A DNA stretch of 64,000 nt from the NCBI GenBank assembly GCA_030390025.1, contig CM059431.1:148616001-148680000 (forward strand), read 5' to 3'. Source of the stretch: Squalus acanthias (lineage: Eukaryota). Position numbers and translations under genes: made by a program. The notes beneath the pieces were generated by a model, which was given only the letters and a program-made list of their open reading frames with translations, was not told where the DNA came from and ran no database searches. Shown piece after piece: positions 12,669 through 25,312 of the stretch; the first letter of the stretch is position 1, and the number at the start of each line of letters is the position of its first letter.

Positions 12669-12912
12669 AATATGTTTAGCGGAGCATGACACCCCGCTCT
12701 GAAAACAGACCTTGCCTGGTTTCAATAAATGAATTAAAAATCATTAATTGCACTCCAATTACATTATTAATATCTATTTTTTCCTCAGGATATCGTGTCA
12801 GGACCTAAAAAAGACATGGATGCGGTTTCAGCAGAGGATGAGCTCAGGCAGGGGCGGAGACGGCCGATGTTATGGAAGCGGAAATCAGAATAGTGACTGA
12901 CCGTGATGCCAC

Positions 12913-14623
12913 TGTAGAATTCACAATATATCGCGATTTTATAAATAAGGAGAAAACACATAGTTTCGTTCAAACAGCTTTATTTCAGCAGAATGCTGTC
13001 AGGTTTTCAAAGTGGACACAAGCAGCCTGTAAAATGGCCGCCACGCCTCGTGGCAGAACATTCTAGACCTTTCGATAGGCAGACAAGATGGCGTTCCAAT
13101 AAACATTTGTGCAAGATCGATCAAGACTAAGCACATTTAAGATAATACACGAGACATCATGGGTTTGCAGTATACACATAAATACTGAAATCGGTTCCCC
13201 GGGTGTGAATAAGGGCTATTGTACCAAGTAATCAAGAACCCATCCAAAGACATTAATATGCAAAATCCCAACGACTCTACGATGAGAGAGCCGTTAGCGG
13301 GTGGTTACAGAAAACATTTGGAAGCCCCAAAACCCCTCCAGGGAGAACACCGACCGATTAAACAATGGGAAAAGTATTAACAGGTACTCAGACAATTACG
13401 AGTATCCCCGAAACCCATTAAAACGGAGATCACCCTATACAAGAAATTTGAGCGCCAAAGCCTAACAAAAGAAAAGACATTAAGGTTGGGCGGGAAAAAG
13501 GAAGATTTTGCACTATAACTGCAAGCTCCAACCGTCCATCTCTCTCTTATCCTCTTATCCTGCTGACGTTTATCCTCGTGGCTGCTCTTGACTCGCCATC
13601 TTGTTCCTGCTTGCCTCGTGTCTCTTTTCAAAAGACTGTTGAACTTTACGATCCGCCCGGATCTACCTCGTGGTGTGCCGCGAAGATCTGTGTGGAACTG
13701 GGCTGTGAAGCCTTGAAATCGGCGCACCATCCCGAGAAGTCGGTAAACGGTGTTGGAACCGAAGGCCCGAGATGAGATGAGATGAGATGAGATGAGATGA
13801 GATGAGATGAGAAGAGAAGAACACCATACGTATCGCCACGGTCAGTAAGCTCCGACCGCGCCTGTAGGTCGAATAGACACTTTCCTTGCCCAGGAAGACC
13901 ATCTTTTGAATTTTACAGAACAGCCAGGAAGACTATTCTTCGAATTCTATCGCATCAGTGCGAGGGCACAGGAATACTCTTCTTTGAGTAGTATCGGAAC
14001 TCCGAGGACAACACAGATCTTCATGACAGCAGACGTTCCAGCCTGCTAGCCGGAGCAGAAACGAGTAAACAAGTGGGGTACAGAGACCCCTGATCGACAC
14101 GTGGGTGATCAGGTGCTGCGGTGGAAAAACATCCGATCAGAGCTTTCGGAATTCTCCGAGTTATCACGAGTGGTGAGCATGAGTGTCGATCCTACAAGTC
14201 TAGTTTAGAGCAGATATTGATAGGGGAGGGTTCAAGTTTTAAGGATAATTGTAATGTGTGCCCCCATTTACGATGTGTCGTTCGTTCCTCATTTCCCTGA
14301 AATTAGTTACATAACTGCTTGTAAGATTGTACTGTCATTAATCTGTGCTTATGATATGTATTTCGTAATCTTGAATAATATGCAATAAAGATTTTCCATT
14401 TCGTACCATTCAACCGGGTCTATCTGAGTTTTATCTCCATTACTGCTCTCGCATCTAAGTCCAGTGTCAGAACCGTAAGGGCGAGTGGGTCGAACCACTC
14501 ACAGGTGTCTAGTGCTCCCAGACTGGCTGGAGACCAGAACAGGCAACAAGGCCTAAACCCGCACCAGCATCCAGGCTGCACAGAGCCACACGAATCTCAC
14601 AGGTTCAGAGAGAAACCCTTACA
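12913..14623 (+). mobile_element. Candidate solo LTR (~1.7 kb)
   Basis: Starts TGTA, ends TACA; flanks ccac/cctc (3 of 4 match); TATA-like ccctatacaa ~13433, AATAAA ~14384, CpG-rich unique sequence; no PBS or gag/pol adjacent. Confidence 0.55.
13768..13812. repeat. (GAGAT)n microsatellite
   Basis: About 8-9 consecutive gagat units. Confidence 0.95.
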
Positions 14624-14827
14624 CCTCCCACAATTCAATAGCAACACTCAGCACTGACCCGTGAAGGAACTGCCCGAGGAACGCGGACCCCAGCGAGAGA
14701 AAAAAAAACTAACAGGGTGAACAGGAAGGGTTTTGTAATAACAGGACTGACCAACACAAACACTGTCTCAGATTAATGCTATGCAAAGTGAAGCATGGGG
14801 AATGACAATCATCTTAGTTTAAACTGC

Positions 14828-15822
14828 TTCCCCGGCGGGTACAGCACGGGGTTAGATACAGAGTCAAGCTCAATCTACACTGTCCCATCAAACACTCTAC
14901 GTGCATGAACAGCACTGGGTAGTTACAAAGTCAAACACCATCTACACCGTCCTTTTAAATACTCCCAGGGAAAATTTAGCAAGGATTAGAAAGAGAGTAA
15001 ACTCTATCTGCACTGTCCCATCAAACACTCCAAGGGCAGGTACAGAACGTGTTAGATACAGAGTAAAGCTCCCTCTACACTGCCCATAGAACACACCCAG
15101 GGCATGGAGAGCACGTCTTAGATAGAGTGTAAATCTCTATCTACACTGTCCCATCAAACACTCCCAGGGCAAGTACAGTACGTGTTAGATACAGAGTAAA
15201 GCTCCTTCTACACTGTCCAATCAAACACTCCCAGGGCAGGTACAGCATGGGTTAGATACAGAGCAAAGCTCCCTCTTCACAGTCCCATCAAACTCTCCCA
15301 GGGCAGGTAGAGCACGGGTTAGATGCAGAGTAAATCTCCCTCTACACCTCCAATGAAACACTCCCAGGGCAAGTACAGCACGGGGTAGATTCAGATTAAA
15401 GCTACATTTACACTGTCCCATCAAACACTCCCAGGGCATGTACAGCCCGGGTCAGATACAGCGCGGTGCGCTCTCTACACTGTCCCATCAAACACTCCCA
15501 GGGCAAGTACAGCCCGGGTTAGATACAGAGTAAAGCTCCCTCTACATTGTCCCATTAAACACTCCCAGGGCAAGTACAGTTGGGTTAGATACTGATTAAA
15601 GCTCCCTCTACACTGTCCCATTAAACACTCCCAGGGCAAGTACAGCACGGGTTAGCTACAGAGTAAAGCTCCCTCTCCACTGTCCCATCAAACACTCCCA
15701 GACAGGTACAGCACGGGTTAGATACAACGCGAAGCGCTCTCTACAATGCCCCATCAAACACTTCTAGGGCAGATACAGCATGGGTTAGATATAGAGTAAA
15801 GCAGCCTCTGCAATGTCCAATT
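14828..15822. repeat. 67-bp tandem repeat, ~15 copies
   Basis: Unit ctccctctacactgtcccatcaaacactcccagggcaggtacagcacgggttagatacagagtaaag; single inverted copy at ~43845-43918. Confidence 0.95.
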
Positions 15823-16264
15823 CTCTGTGTATGTGGTGCTCATTATCACACCGGGTGTGAGTTCAGGCTAACTCGGCACAGGCCGGAGAGGGAGCCTTGG
15901 ACATTTCCCAATGATCACTCCCTCCTCACACTCTCAGTGATGCCCCTGCCTGGGATGCTGTGCTCCAGTCACTCCGTCGGATATCAATTCCTCCTTCTGT
16001 ATTCCCAGTGTATTAAATTAATCCACATTCGTCCTGGAACAACTCTACTGACCTGCCAAATAATGGCTTCGGTTTTCTTGGCAACAGCTCAGCTCTTTGT
16101 CATTAATGGAGTTAAATGATCTGGCATCACACCCAGTAATAAAACACATGCTGTCAAAGAACATTAACAGCTCAAAGGGCCCACAACACACATAATTTCT
16201 TAAAAACAAGAGAGAAACACATCTCCCTCTGTCTATAATCTGCTTCTCACTCCGTGTTTTTCTG

Positions 16265-16820
16265 CTATCATCGACCTCCCCTTTATTTCTGTCACACTCT
16301 CTCTCTCCCTAACTATATCTAATATCACTTCTCTCTATCTCCATTTATCTCTCCTCTATCTCTGTCTTCCCCTATCTCTCTCTCTATCTATATCTAATAT
16401 TCTATCCCCTATCTATCTCCATCGATCTCTCCTCTATCTCCGTCACCCTATCTCTCACTCTTTCTCATTCTCTGACTCAATCTCTCTCAGTTTCTGCCTC
16501 ACTTTCTCAGTCTCTGCCTCACTCACTCACTCTCTCTCAGGGAAGAGACAAAGACTGGGGAGAGAGAGAGACGGGAGAGATAGAGACTGTGGGAGAGAGA
16601 GACTGGGGATGGGAGAGCAAGAGAGTGAGAGAGAGAGACTGAGGGAGAGAGAGAGAATGGAGGAGAGAGACACTAGGGGAGAGAGAGACTGGGGAGAGAG
16701 AGAGAATGGAGGAGAGAGCCACTAGGGGAGAGATAGAGAGAGAGAGAAAGAGAGACTGGGGGAGAGAGAGAGAGAGAGAGAGACTGGGGAGTGAGAGAGA
16801 GACTGGGGAAGAGAGAGAGG
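16265..16820. repeat. CT-rich tract switching to GA-rich (GAGACTGGGGAGA) tract at ~16538
   Basis: Direct composition; the GA part is the reverse complement of the 49300-64000 array motif. Confidence 0.9.
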
Positions 16821-16821
16821 C

Positions 16822-17622
16822 AGGGTGGTTTCACATTTGCACCACGTTTTATTTGTAAATTGACGCTATAGGGAAGAATATATCATGAGATTTCTGCAAA
16901 TTTAAATATATATTTAAATATCCACAACGCACTTCATCAAAATATCCCCACAAAATCAGCAACATTTCCTTTTGAAATTTGGTCCCAGAACCTGAAGCTT
17001 CACAAACAGTCGCTCCCGATCCGAACTGTCAATCACTGGACTGTGCTCCGCCCATCGCAAAAGCCACTGGCTGAACTTCAAGACCGGTCCGCATTCGATT
17101 GGCCGGTGTGGCTGTCAATCACCCGCTGCATCAAGTTCGCCGGTAAAATCCACTGGCAACTTTTCACAGAGCAGCTGTTGACGTTTGCAACTCTGACTGA
17201 AGTGAGCCAGCTGGCTGATGATGCACAGAAATCACCAGCGCTGCTGCATTTTAATCGAATTTCTCACCAACCCGCTGCCCGACTGGTTAAAAACATCTTA
17301 TATTTGTTTCTTTAAACTTTGTTTTTTGAACGTGGCATTTTATGAACAATCCTTTCTCCTCACTGCAAACATCAGAATTCCTTTGAAACCTTCCAAAGTT
17401 TAAATCAGCAGAAAAGTTTAAAATCTGCTTTTGGGAGCTGGGTTTGCGGTGGAGGAACAGCCTGAGACTCACTGCCAGCATGGTTTGCCCAAGCGGCTGC
17501 TCCCTGGGCAGCAGTGTTCTCACTGGCAGCTCCCAGTAGAAATCTCTGGCTTTTCCCTCGCTTCCATCACTCTGCATTTCTTACACTTGCACAGAAAGCC
17601 ATTTGCTCTGACCCCGCACTTA
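16822..17622. promoter_or_regulatory. Promoter-like module, copy 1 (inverted paralog at 48480-49285)
   Basis: CTGTCAATCA (=TGATTGACAG) at 17026 and 17112, ATTGG at 17098; all retained in copy 2. Confidence 0.45.
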
Positions 17623-17760
17623 CGAACATAAGCACATAAGAAATAGAAGCAGGAGTCGGCCATTTGGTCCTTCGCGTCTGCTCCGCCAGGTACCAAGGAC
17701 ATAGGTAGAACTAAGAATGAGGTTCTGCTGAGCGAGTTAGAGAGGGCAGTTTGCAGTAAT

Positions 17761-17834
17761 CCCCGGCTAGCTCAGTCATTAAATCATGACATTCTATCAT
17801 CTCCCGGTCTTGGGTTCGAGCCCCACGTTGGGCG
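17761..17834 (+). pseudogene. tRNA-Lys(CTT) pseudogene
   Basis: cccggctagctcagtc...tgggttcgagccccacgttgggcg matches the ends of vertebrate tRNA-Lys-CTT; D-loop and anticodon arm heavily mutated; no encoded CCA. Confidence 0.85.
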
Positions 17835-17849
17835 GTTGTTTCTTTAATT

Positions 17850-20800
17850 TGCCCCACAGCAGCAGCAGTGCGGAGCTGGGGGGAGCGGCGAGGCGGCGGC
17901 GGCACCAACTCAGCACCGGCAGAATTTTCAAAGAGTGAAGTCAGAAGTCAAAAGTGACGTCGGCAAAAGGGGAGGGAGTTGATTGATGAGTATCTGCTAA
18001 GTGTTTTTATTTGACTTTCTTAAAGTTTTTTTAATTTATTCCAGCTAGGTTAGTAAATTAGAGGTTAATTCGAGGTATGGCAGTGCAGCTCACACCCGTG
18101 GAATGCACATCCTGTGCCATGTGGGGAGTCCTGGACAAACACCATTGTTCTGGACGACCACTTGTGCGGGTAGTGTCGCCAGATACAGCAGCTCGAGCAC
18201 CGGGTTACGGAGCTTGAGCGGCGGCTGCAGTCACTGCTGTGCCTCCGTGAGGCTGAGAGCTAACTGGATAGCACATCTCGGGAGGTGGTCACCCCGCAGT
18301 TTAAGAATTTGCAAGCAGAGAGGGAATGGGTGACAGTCAGACAGAAGTGGCGGACCAACCAGTTAGTGCAGGAATCCCCAGAGCCCATCTTGCTCACCAA
18401 CTAGTATTCAGTGCTGAGCACTGGTGAGGGCAATGGTTCATCTGGGGAGTGCAGCCAGAGCCAAGTCCACAGCACCATGGAAGGTTCAGCTGCACAGGCG
18501 GCGGGGGGGGGGGGGGGGATGTGGAAGAGGGGGAGGAAGAGGAGAGGGAGAGCAATTGTGATCGGGATTCAATATTTAGGGCAGCAGACAGGTGTTTCTG
18601 CGGCCGCAGGCGTTACTCTAGGATGGTATTTTGCCTCCATGGTTCCAGGGTCAAGCATGTCACTGAACGGCTGCAGTTCATTCTGAGGGGGGGAAGGTGA
18701 ACAGTCAGCGGTCACAGTCCATATCGGTACCAACGACATAGGTAGGAAGAGGGATGAGGTCTTGCAGGCAGGGTTTAGGGAGATAGGAAATAGTTTTAAA
18801 AGCAGTACCCCAAAGTTAGTAATCTCCGGATTATTACCAGTGACACGTGCTAGTGATTTCAGAAATGTGAAGATAAAGCAGATGAATGCGTGGCTGGAGA
18901 GATGGTGTAGGAGGGACGGCTTTAGATTCCTAAGGAAGTGGAACATTTTCTGGGGGAGGTGGGACCTCTAAAAGCCAGACGGGTTGCACCTCAACGGGAT
19001 CGGGACCAATATCCTCGCGGGAGGCTTTGCTAGTGCAGTTGGGGACTGTTTAATCTAGCTTGGCAGGGAGATGGGAACCTAATATAGAGTCAATAGGGAG
19101 GGAAGACAAACTGGAATTGGAAAACAGAAACGTAGAAAATAAATTTGAAGGACAGAGGAATCAAGAGCTAGATACTAGTGAACGAGGAGGTTTGCCTGTA
19201 CTAAATGATATGTACTTCAATGCAAGGACTATAGCGAACAGATGAGCTAAAGACACAGCTAGATACTTGGGACGATGATATTATAGCTATTAGAGAGACG
19301 TGGCTGAAAGAGGGTCTGGTATGGCAGCTCAACATTCCTGATTACAGGATTTTCAGACGGGATAGAGAGGAAGGTAAAATGGGACGGGGCGTGTGGTGGG
19401 TTTCGGGGGGTCGCGGTATATATTATAAAATATTACAGATGGAGGAGGGATGATAAGTTGGAGGGGTCATCAAACGAGGCCATATGGGTCGAATTGAAAA
19501 ACAAAAATGGGGGGTTTACACTGCTGGGAGTGTACGACAGACTCCCAAGCAGTGAGAGGGAGATAGAAGAAAAAAAATGTGGACAAATTTCTGAGAAGTT
19601 AAAAAAAATATAGGGCAGTAATAGTCGGGGATTTCAACTACCCCAATATTAACTGGGATAAAATTAGTGTGAAGGGTATGGAGAGTGCGGAATTCCTAAA
19701 ATCCATCCAGGAGAACTTTTTTAGCCTGTATGTAGCAAGCCCAATAAGGTATGGGGCGGTTCTGGACATTCATTAAGGGAATGAAGCTGGGCAGGTAGAA
19801 GATTTATCAGATGGGGGAGCATTTTGATGCTAGAGACCATAATTCTGTTAGATCTAAGGTAGTTATGGAAAAGGGCAAGGATAGACCAGGAATAAAAATT
19901 CTAAATTGGGGAAAAGCAAATTTTGCTAAGATCAGAGGGGATTTAGCCATAGTGGACTGGAAACAGCTAATTGAAGGTACATCAGTGACAGAGCAGTGGG
20001 AGGCATTCAAGGAGATCCGCAGGGTTCAGACCAAGCATGTGCCAATAAAGAAAAAAGATGGGACTAACAAATCTAGAGCCCCCTGGATGTCTCGAGACAT
20101 ATAGTGTAGGATAATGAAAAAAAGCAGGTGTATGACAGATACTGAGGGTTAAATGCTCCAGATTCTTTAGAGGAGTACAGAAAGTGCAGGGGTGCAATTG
20201 AAAATGATATTAGGGAAGCAAAGAGAGAGCATGAAAATTCTTGGCAAGTAAAATCAAGGAAAACCCAAAGATGTTTTATAAATATGTTAAGAGTAAGACG
20301 ATAACTAAAGAAAGGGTGGGGCCAATAGAGATCATGTGGGTAATCTGTGTCTGGAGGGGGGAGGCTTCGGTAGGCTTCTTAATGAATATTTTGCGTCTGT
20401 TTTCACAAAGGAGAGGGGCGAACAGACATTGCTATCGGGGGCGAGGGGAGGAGTGTGAAATATTAGATGAAATAAACATAGTGAGAGAGGAAGTATTAAA
20501 GGGTTTAGCAGCTTTAAAAGTGGATAAATCCCCAGGCCCGGATGAAATGAATACCAGGCTGTTCAGCGAAGCAAAAGAAGAAATAGCAGAGTCCCTGATA
20601 ATCGTTTTTCAATCCACTCTGTCCTCAGGTGTGGTGCCAGAGTACTGGAAGACTGCTAATGTGGTACCCTTGTTTAAAAAGGTTGAAAAGAATAGACCGA
20701 GTAATTACTGGCCAGTCAGCCTAACCTCGGTAGTGGGAACATTATTGGAAATAATTCTGAAGGACAGGATAAAACTTCATTTAGAAAGTCACGGATTAAT

Positions 20801-22078
20801 CAAGGAAATTCAGCACGGATTTGTCAAGGGAAGGTCGTGTCTGACAAATATGATTGAATATTTTGAGGAGGTAACATGGAGGGCAGATAAAGGTAGTGCG
20901 GTTGATGTACAGTCTATAGAATTTAGCAAGGTTTTTGATAAGTTTGCAAATGGCAGAACTGTCACGAAGTTAAAAGCCCATGGGATCCAGGGCCAACTGT
21001 CAAGTTGGATTCAAAACTGGCTCGGAGAGAGGAAGCAGAGGGTAATGGTTGATATGTGTTTTTGTGACTGGAAGGCTTTTTCCAGTGGGGTTCTGCAGGG
21101 TACAATACTAGGTCCCTTGCTTTTTTTGCTATATATCAACGATCTTGCCTTGAATATAGTGGTATGATTAAGAAGTATGTAGATGATACTAAAATCGGCT
21201 ATGTTTTTGATACTGAAGAAGGAAGCTGCAGAATGCAGGAAGATGTCAAAAAATTGGTCAGGTGGGCAGAACAGTGGCAAATGGAATTTAACCGGAGAAG
21301 TGTGAGGTAATGTTTTTGTGGAGGGCAATCAAGGAAAGGGAATACTCATTAAATGGTAGGACACTGATTAGTGTAGAGGAACAAAGGGACCTTGGAGTGC
21401 ATGTCCACAGATCCCTGAAGGTAGCAGGACAAGTACTTAAGGTGGTTAAGAGGGCATATCGAATGCTTGCTTTTATTAGCCGTGGAATAGAAAACAAGAG
21501 CAGCGGGGTTATGCACTAGTTAGGCCACAGCTAGAGGACTGCGTTCAGTTCTGGTGGCCACATTACTCGAAAGATGTGATTGCACTAGTGAGGGTACAGA
21601 GGAGATTTACAAGTTTGTTGCCGGGAGTGGAGAATTGGACATGAGGAAAGACTGGATGAGCTGGATTTGTTTTCCTTGGAACAGAGGAGGCAGAGAGGAG
21701 ACCAAATTGATGTGTATCAAATTATGAGGTGCCTAGATAAAGTGGATAGAAACGACCTATTTCCCTTAGCAGAGTGGTCCAAAATCAGGGGGCACACATT
21801 TAAAGTAATTGGGGGAAATTTTAGAGGGGATTTGAGGGGAAATTTCTTCACCCAGAGTGTTGTGTGGGTCTGGAACTCACTGCCTGATAGGGTGGTAGAG
21901 GCAGGAACCCTAATCACATTTAAAAAGTACTTGGATGTGCACTTGCGATGCTCTAACCTGCAGGGCTACGGATCAAGAGCTGGGAAGTGGGATTAGGCTG
22001 GATAGCTCTTTTTTGGCCGATGCCGACGCAATGGGTCGAAATAGCCTCCTTCCGTGCTGTAACTTTCTATGATTCTAG
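17850..22078 (+). mobile_element. Near full-length degenerate CR1 LINE: GC-rich 5' UTR, ORF1 (Cys Zn-finger plus SGNH esterase; ATG 18077), ORF2 (APE endonuclease plus RT), 3' UTR
   Basis: ECTSCAMW; GDS / HIGTNDIG / DGLHL esterase motifs; YFNAR, GDFNYP, DHNSV; KSPGPDE...NYWPVSLTS...QHGFVKGRSCLTN; tail tttctatgattcta; many stops and frameshifts. Confidence 0.92.
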
Positions 22079-22144
22079 GAGGTAGGGAACGTTGTAGGGG
22101 CTGTCACTTTCGATGATACTATGAATCTATAAGCCGCTAGTATC

Positions 22145-25100
22145 CAAATTAAAAAGCAGCACCACAAGGATAATAATCTCTGGAATACTACTTCAGCCAT
22201 AGCGTCCTGGCGAATTGAATAACTAGGGCTGTAGCTGGGGCTTTAAACTAAACATATGGAGAGGGGTCAGATGAGGGGAAATTTACAAATCCAAAGAGAA
22301 AGGTCATGGCAATAGACCAGTGTAGCGACTTGGGTAAAAATAAGCAGAGTGTGACAGGAAAGGACAGATAGTTTAATGGTAGCAGTGGAGCAGAGAATAA
22401 AGTCACAGCAGGGAATAATGTTAAAAAAAATATTTAATTGCTCTTTATCTGAATGCATGAAGCATTGGTGACAAGATAGACGAACTAATGGCAGAAATAG
22501 CGATAAATGGGTTTGATCTAATAGCCATTACAGAGACATTGTTGCTAAGTGGCCAAGGTTGGGAACTAAATATTCCAGGGCACTTGACGTTTCGAAAAGA
22601 TAGGCAGAATGGAAAAGGAGTCAGAGTAGTCCTAATAATAAAGGATGACATAAGGACAGTAGCGAGAAAGGATCTCGGCTCGGAAGATCAGGAAGTAGAA
22701 TCAGTATTGGTGCAGAAAACATGGTAGGAGTAGTATATAGGCCCCCTAACTGTATCTAAACAGTTGGAAAGAATATTAATCAAGAAATAACAGGAGCTTG
22801 CAACAAAGGTATTACAATAACTTTGGGGGACTTTATTCTTCATATAGACTGGACAAATCAAATTAGCAAATGTAGCCTGGAGGATCATGGATGGCATTCG
22901 GAACAGTTTCCTAAAACAAAATGTCATGGAACCAATCAGGGAACAGGCTATTTTAGAACTTGTATTGTGTAACGAGAAAGGGTTAATTAGCAATCATAAT
23001 AGTAAAGGATCCTCTGGGGCAGAGTTTTCATCATATAATAGATTTTTACATTAATTTTGAGAGTGTCTTGCCTAAGTCCGCTACTAGAGTCTTAATCCTA
23101 AATAAGGCCAATTAAGTAGGTATGAGGGGCGATTTGGATAAGGTATATTGGATAAGTAGATTAAAAGGTATGGCGGTAAATAAGCAGTGGCTAGCATTTA
23201 AAGAAATATTTCATAATTCTCAAAACTACATTCCATTCTGAAACAAAAACTACACTGGAAAAGTGATCCAACCTTGGTTAACTACACAAGTGAAGGATAG
23301 TATTAGATTTAAAGAAGAAACTTATAGTGTTGCAAATAATAATAATAAGCCTGAGGACTGGGGGAGTATCAGAAACCAGCAAATGATGACTAAAAAATTG
23401 ATTAAAAGGGAAAAAAATAGACAATGCGGGAAAACTAGCAAGACATATAAAAGCAGATTGATAGAGTTTCTGCAAGTATGTGAAAAGGAAAGGAGTAGCA
23501 AATGTAAACGTTACTACGTTAGAGGCTGAGACAGGATAAATTAGTATGGAGAATAAGGAAATGGCAGGAACGTTAAACAAATATTTTGTATTTGTCTTCA
23601 CAGTAGAAGTCACAAAAAGAATACCAAAAATGGTGGGGAAACACGTTTCTAATCAGGGTGAGGAACTTAATGTAATTAATATAAGTAGGGTAAAAGTGCT
23701 AGAGAAACTTATGGGACTAAAAGTCGGCAAATCCCCTGGACCTGACGGCCTACACCCCAGGGTTCGAAAAGAGGTGGCTGAAGAGATAGGGGAAGCATTG
23801 GTTTTGATCTTCCAAAATTCCCTAGATTCTGGAAAAGTCCCAGCGGATTGGATGGTCGCAAATGTAACAACGCTACTCAAGAAAAAATGGACAGAAAAAA
23901 CAGGGAACTACAGGCCAGTTAGCCTGACATCAGACGTCGGAAAAATGCTGGAATCCATTGTTAAGGAAGTGGCATCAAGTCACTTAGAAAATCATGAAAA
24001 GATTAGGCTGAGTCAACATGGTTTTATGAAAGGGGAATCGTGTTTGAAAAATGTATTAGTTTTGTTTGGGGATGTAACTAGCAGGGTAGATAAAGGGGAA
24101 CCAGTGGATGTAGTATGTTTCGATTTCCAAAAGACAATCGATAAGGTGCCACATAAAATATTATTACACAAGATTAGGGCTCATAGGGTTCGGGCCAATA
24201 TAATAGCATGGATAGATGATTGGTTATGGGACAGAATACAGAGAGTAGAGATAAATGGATATTTTTCAGGTTGACAAGCTATAACTAGGGAAGTGCCACA
24301 AGGATTAGTGTTGGGGCCTCAGCTATTTACAATCATATTAATGACCTAGATGAAGGGACCGAGAGAAATGTATCCAAATTTGCTGATGATGAAAAGCTAG
24401 GTGGGACAGTAATTTGTGACGAGAACACAATGAGTCTGCAGAGGTATATAGATAGGCTAAGAGATTGGGCAGTAAGGTGGAAGATGGATTATAATGTAGG
24501 GAAAGGTGAGGTAATTCACTTTTTTTGGAAGAATAGGAAAAATAGAATATTTTTAAATGGTGAGAACCTTTCAAAAGTTGCTGTTCAGAGAGATTTGGGT
24601 GGGTGTCCTCGTTCAAGGAACACAGAAAGCTAGCATGCAGGTACAGCAAGCAATAAGGGTGGCAAACGGCATGTTGGCCTTTATTTTAAGGAAGTTGGAG
24701 TATAAGAGTAAGGGAGTCTTGCGACAATTGGGCAAGGCCTTGGTGAGACCATACCTGGAGTACTGTGCACAGTTTTGGTCTCCTTATCTAAGGAAGGATA
24801 TACTTGCATTGAAGATGTTGCAACAAAGGTTCACTGGATTGATTCCTGGGGTGAGAGGGTTGTCCTATGAAGAGAGATTGTGTAGAATGGGCCTATACGC
24901 TCTGGAGTTTAGAAGAATGAGCGATGATCTCATTGAAACATACAAGATTCTGAAGGTGTTTGACAGGATAGATGCTGAGTGGCTGTTTCCCCTGGTTGGA
25001 GTGTCCTGAACTAGGGGGGCATACTCTCAGGTTAAGGGGTAGGCCATTCAAGACTGAGTTGAGGAGGAATTTCTTCACTCAGAGAGTTGGGAATCTTTCG

Positions 25101-25310
25101 AATTGTCTTCACCAGAAGGTTGTGAATGCTAAGTCTTTGATTATATTCAAGGCTCAGGTAGATAGATTATTGGACTGTAGGGGAATCAAGGGATATGGAG
25201 ATCGGGCGGGAAAGTGGAGTTGATGCTGAAGATCAGCCATGATCTTATTGAATGGCGGAGCATGCTCTAGGGGCCGTATTGCTTACTCCCGCTCTTAATT
25301 CTTATGTTAT
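22145..25310 (+). mobile_element. Degenerate CR1 LINE (ORF1 end, ORF2, 3' UTR)
   Basis: FDLIAITETLL; KSPGPDGLHPRV...NYRPVSLTS...QHGFMKGESCL; FADD; LVRPYLEYCAQFWSP; tail cttaattcttatgtt. Confidence 0.92.
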
Positions 25311-25312
25311 TA

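Noticed and set aside
13377..13902. ORFs within the LTR candidate, including HLISS repeats
   Set aside because: Repeats come from the GAGAT microsatellite; no gag, env or accessory motifs recognised
14828..15822. CRISPR-like appearance of the 67-bp array (also the 30- and 61-bp arrays)
   Set aside because: Whole units repeat with no unique spacers, no cas genes, eukaryotic context
17761..17834. Functional tRNA, or primer-binding site of an LTR element
   Set aside because: Anticodon and D arms disrupted; sense-oriented whole tRNA body far from the LTR candidate
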